Source of the DNA: Takakia lepidozioides | Taxonomy: Eukaryota; Plantae; Bryophyta | DNA: 64,000 nt | Direction of reading: 5' to 3' | Assembly: GCA_030704615.1 (NCBI GenBank) | Contig: CM060732.1 | Location: 12,586,001 to 12,650,000, forward strand | Part shown: piece by piece, positions 61,446 through 64,000 of the stretch | Layout of the letters: each line of letters begins with the position of its first letter | Position numbering within the stretch: position 1 is the first letter of the stretch | Translations under genes and position numbers: made by a program | Notes under the pieces: generated by a model | The model's database searches: none | What the model was told of the DNA's origin: nothing | Seen by the model: only the letters and a program-made list of their open reading frames with translations

Positions 61446-64000
61446 TTCTGAAATGGTTCAGTAGGCATCGTAGGATGCAAAGCCATCTTTCCAGATCTCT
61501 GCAATGGTCCTAGCCTTTGACACTCATCACAACTCTTGCAATACTTGTGTACATCCTTGAACAAAGTAGGCGACCAGTAACCTGCAAGTAGTATCTTCCT
61601 ACTGGTAGTCTCCTCTCCAAAATGTCCTCCAGCCACTCATTTATGAACTTCCTCCAAAACTTTATTTACTTCATGGTGGTACAAGCATCGTTTCAGAACT
61701 CCATCAGGTCCTAGCTTATACATTCTGCTGCCTATCATAGTGTAAGGTAAATGATAGCTATATATTCTTTTTCTCTGTTCTTTCCCATAACTGGGTGGGC
61801 ACTGACCATGAGTAAGGTAGTATCTGATTGGCCACTGCCAATCTAACCAATCATCCTTGCACCTCCACTGCAAATAGACTCGCATCAGGTAATTGGTCTT
61901 CTACTCCCGTGGCGGGCTCTCCTGTTGTTAGGCGTGACAAGTGATCTGCCACAAGATGCAAACGGCCAGGCTTGTAAACAACTTCAAATTCAAACTCGTG
62001 CAAGATTATTAACCATCTTGTTATCCTGCCACTTATCAAAGGCTTGTTCACCAGATAAATCAAAGCCCGATGATCCACATAAAACATAAACTTCCTTCCC
62101 AATAGGTAATGCCTGAATTTCTTGACTGCATAAATCATTGCCAATGCTTCTCTTTCAGTTGTGCTATAGTTCCTTTCAGCACTGTTGAATAATCTGCTAG
62201 CATAGTACACAGGTGAATCTATATTTCCTGTGATATTTTGGGCTAACACAACTCCCAATGCTTCTCCTGAGGCATCACAGTGTACATGAAATACTACGTG
62301 CCAGTGAGGGTTAATCAGCACAGGTGTAGTTGTTATTGACAATGTTAGTTCCTCAAAAGCCTGTTGATATTTAGCTGTCCATGTAAACACTGCATCCTTC
62401 TTCAGAAGCTTGCTCAAAGGTGCAGCCATCTGTGCATACCGTCTAACAAACCTTCTGTAATAACTGGTTTGTCCAAGGAATCTCCTTAGACTTTTAACAT
62501 TTCCTGGTGGTGATGATGCTTTAACGGCCTCCGTCTTTCTAGGGTCCACAAGTAATCCCTTACACACAATGTGTCCCAGAAGTACCCCTGATTTCACACA
62601 GAAAGTACATTTTTCTGGATTCAGACCCAGACCTCTCATCCTGCATCTAGCCAAACATAACTCCAATTATGCAAGTGCTCATTCTTAGAACTGTACACAC
62701 TGAAATCATCTAAGAACACTTGCATGAAATCATCCAGATACTCATGGAAGGATTAACTTATCACTCTTTGAAATGTTGTTGGTGCATTACAAAGTCCAAA
62801 AAGCATGACTTTGTATGCATAAGCACCCCACTCTGTGATGAAAGCTGTCTTTCCCTGGTCTTCTTCTGCCACCTGTACTTGGTTATACCCACAGAAGCCA
62901 TCCATGAATAAGTACATCTCATGGCCAGCCACAGTGTCCAATACAGCCTCTATGAATGGCAAGGGAAAATGATCTTTCTTTGTACAAGCATTCAGCTTCT
63001 TATAGTTCACACACACTCTCAGTTTACCATTCTTCCTGGGAACTATCACAATGGGTGACAACCAAGTTGTATACTCTATCGGGTATATGAACTTAGCCTC
63101 AGCCAACTTCTTGATCTCTTCCCCAACCTTCTGTGCATAGTTGGGATTCATCCTATACCTTGCATGTGTGATTGGTACTGACCCTGGTTCCAATTCAATC
63201 TTATGCTAACAGATCTCAGGTGGTATCCCTTTCAGATCCTCATAACTCCACGCAAATACATCTCTGTATTTGATGAACAGACTCTTGGCTTCCTCAAAGA
63301 ATTCTGGCTCCAAATCAGCCCCCACTTTCACCAATATTGGTTCCTCCTCCGTTCCCACATTCACTTCTCTCACCTGCTCCTCAGTTGTGATTGTCCATCC
63401 AGCCACTACTTCATCCTGCAAACTCACAGTGGCTGGTTCTTCTAGGATTTCCATTCTCCCTCTCTTTCCTCATAGAAATGTGGTGGGTAACTACTTGTTT
63501 CACCCTCAATTGGAGTGGCTGTTACTGCACCACAGCAGATACCTTTAAAACAACTCAGACCTCCCAGTTGCATTTTTGCAACCTATTCCCACTCTGGGTG
63601 TGCAACAAACAGGGTAGCTTCCTGCTCCTCATCAAGTCCTCCCCTCCAGACATACTCTCTGACTCCACGAGGTCTTCTGGTAGCAGGTAGCCTACTGGAT
63701 TTCTTAGTGGTGACCTGTATCTTGTGCTTCCCATCATGTACAGTCAGTAACTGAAATTCCAGTCATGGAATACCCTGGCCTGTTTCAGCCATGGTCGACC
63801 CAGTAATAAGGAGTAAGCTTCCATAACATCGTCCATTTTCAACACAGTCACTGTGATCTTAAATATCATCTTCTGAATCTGTATCTTAACTCCCTTTATC
63901 AAGCCTAAAGGCTGTACACTCCTTTGATCTGCCATTGTTACTGTGAATGGGGCTGGTTTCATACTACTGAGACCAAGCTTCTGCCTTAATTGGTCTGTCA
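61446..64000 (-). mobile_element. Ty3/Gypsy G3: pol (PR end, RT, RH, INT start), same family as G1, truncated in integrase
   Basis: Nearly colinear with G1 9150-11675 (MKPAPFTVTMADQRS, KDHFPLPF, YSTTERE, GGHFG, PTEPFQK). Frameshifts present. Runs off the window. Confidence 0.95.

Noticed and set aside
1-64000. rRNA, tRNA or other structured ncRNA genes
   Set aside because: None recognised; the only tRNA-related signal is the PBS at 15094-15105.

Overview
Eukaryotic, repeat-dense, heterochromatin-like window, most likely from a land plant (spliceosomal introns, plant F-box/kelch remnant, plant-type Ty3/Gypsy elements, a CACTA end). It is almost entirely nested transposons. There are three Ty3/Gypsy pieces: two copies of one non-chromoviral family (about 5050-11998 + and 61446-64000 -) and a gag-protease element with an intact 726-bp LTR and tRNA-iMet PBS. 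The main content is six or seven copies or fragments of a large DNA-transposon group with a shared plan: TIR, then a MULE/IS256-type DDE transposase (WRKY/GCM-like Zn finger plus SWIM), then a central array of a palindrome, then a divergently oriented intron-containing gene encoding a ParB/Srx-like domain fused to a beta-class N6A/N4C DNA-methyltransferase-like domain, then TIR. Two copies (A 2303-4939, B 15959-21554) have both TIRs and exact 8-bp TSDs. Each lineage carries its own palindrome, scattered through its subtermini, central spacer and introns. This suggests a self-recognition system (parS-like sites plus a ParB-methylase reader/writer), analogous to VANDAL/VANC anti-silencing. All copies here carry frameshifts or stops. 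Domain calls come from motif recognition by eye, not from database searches.
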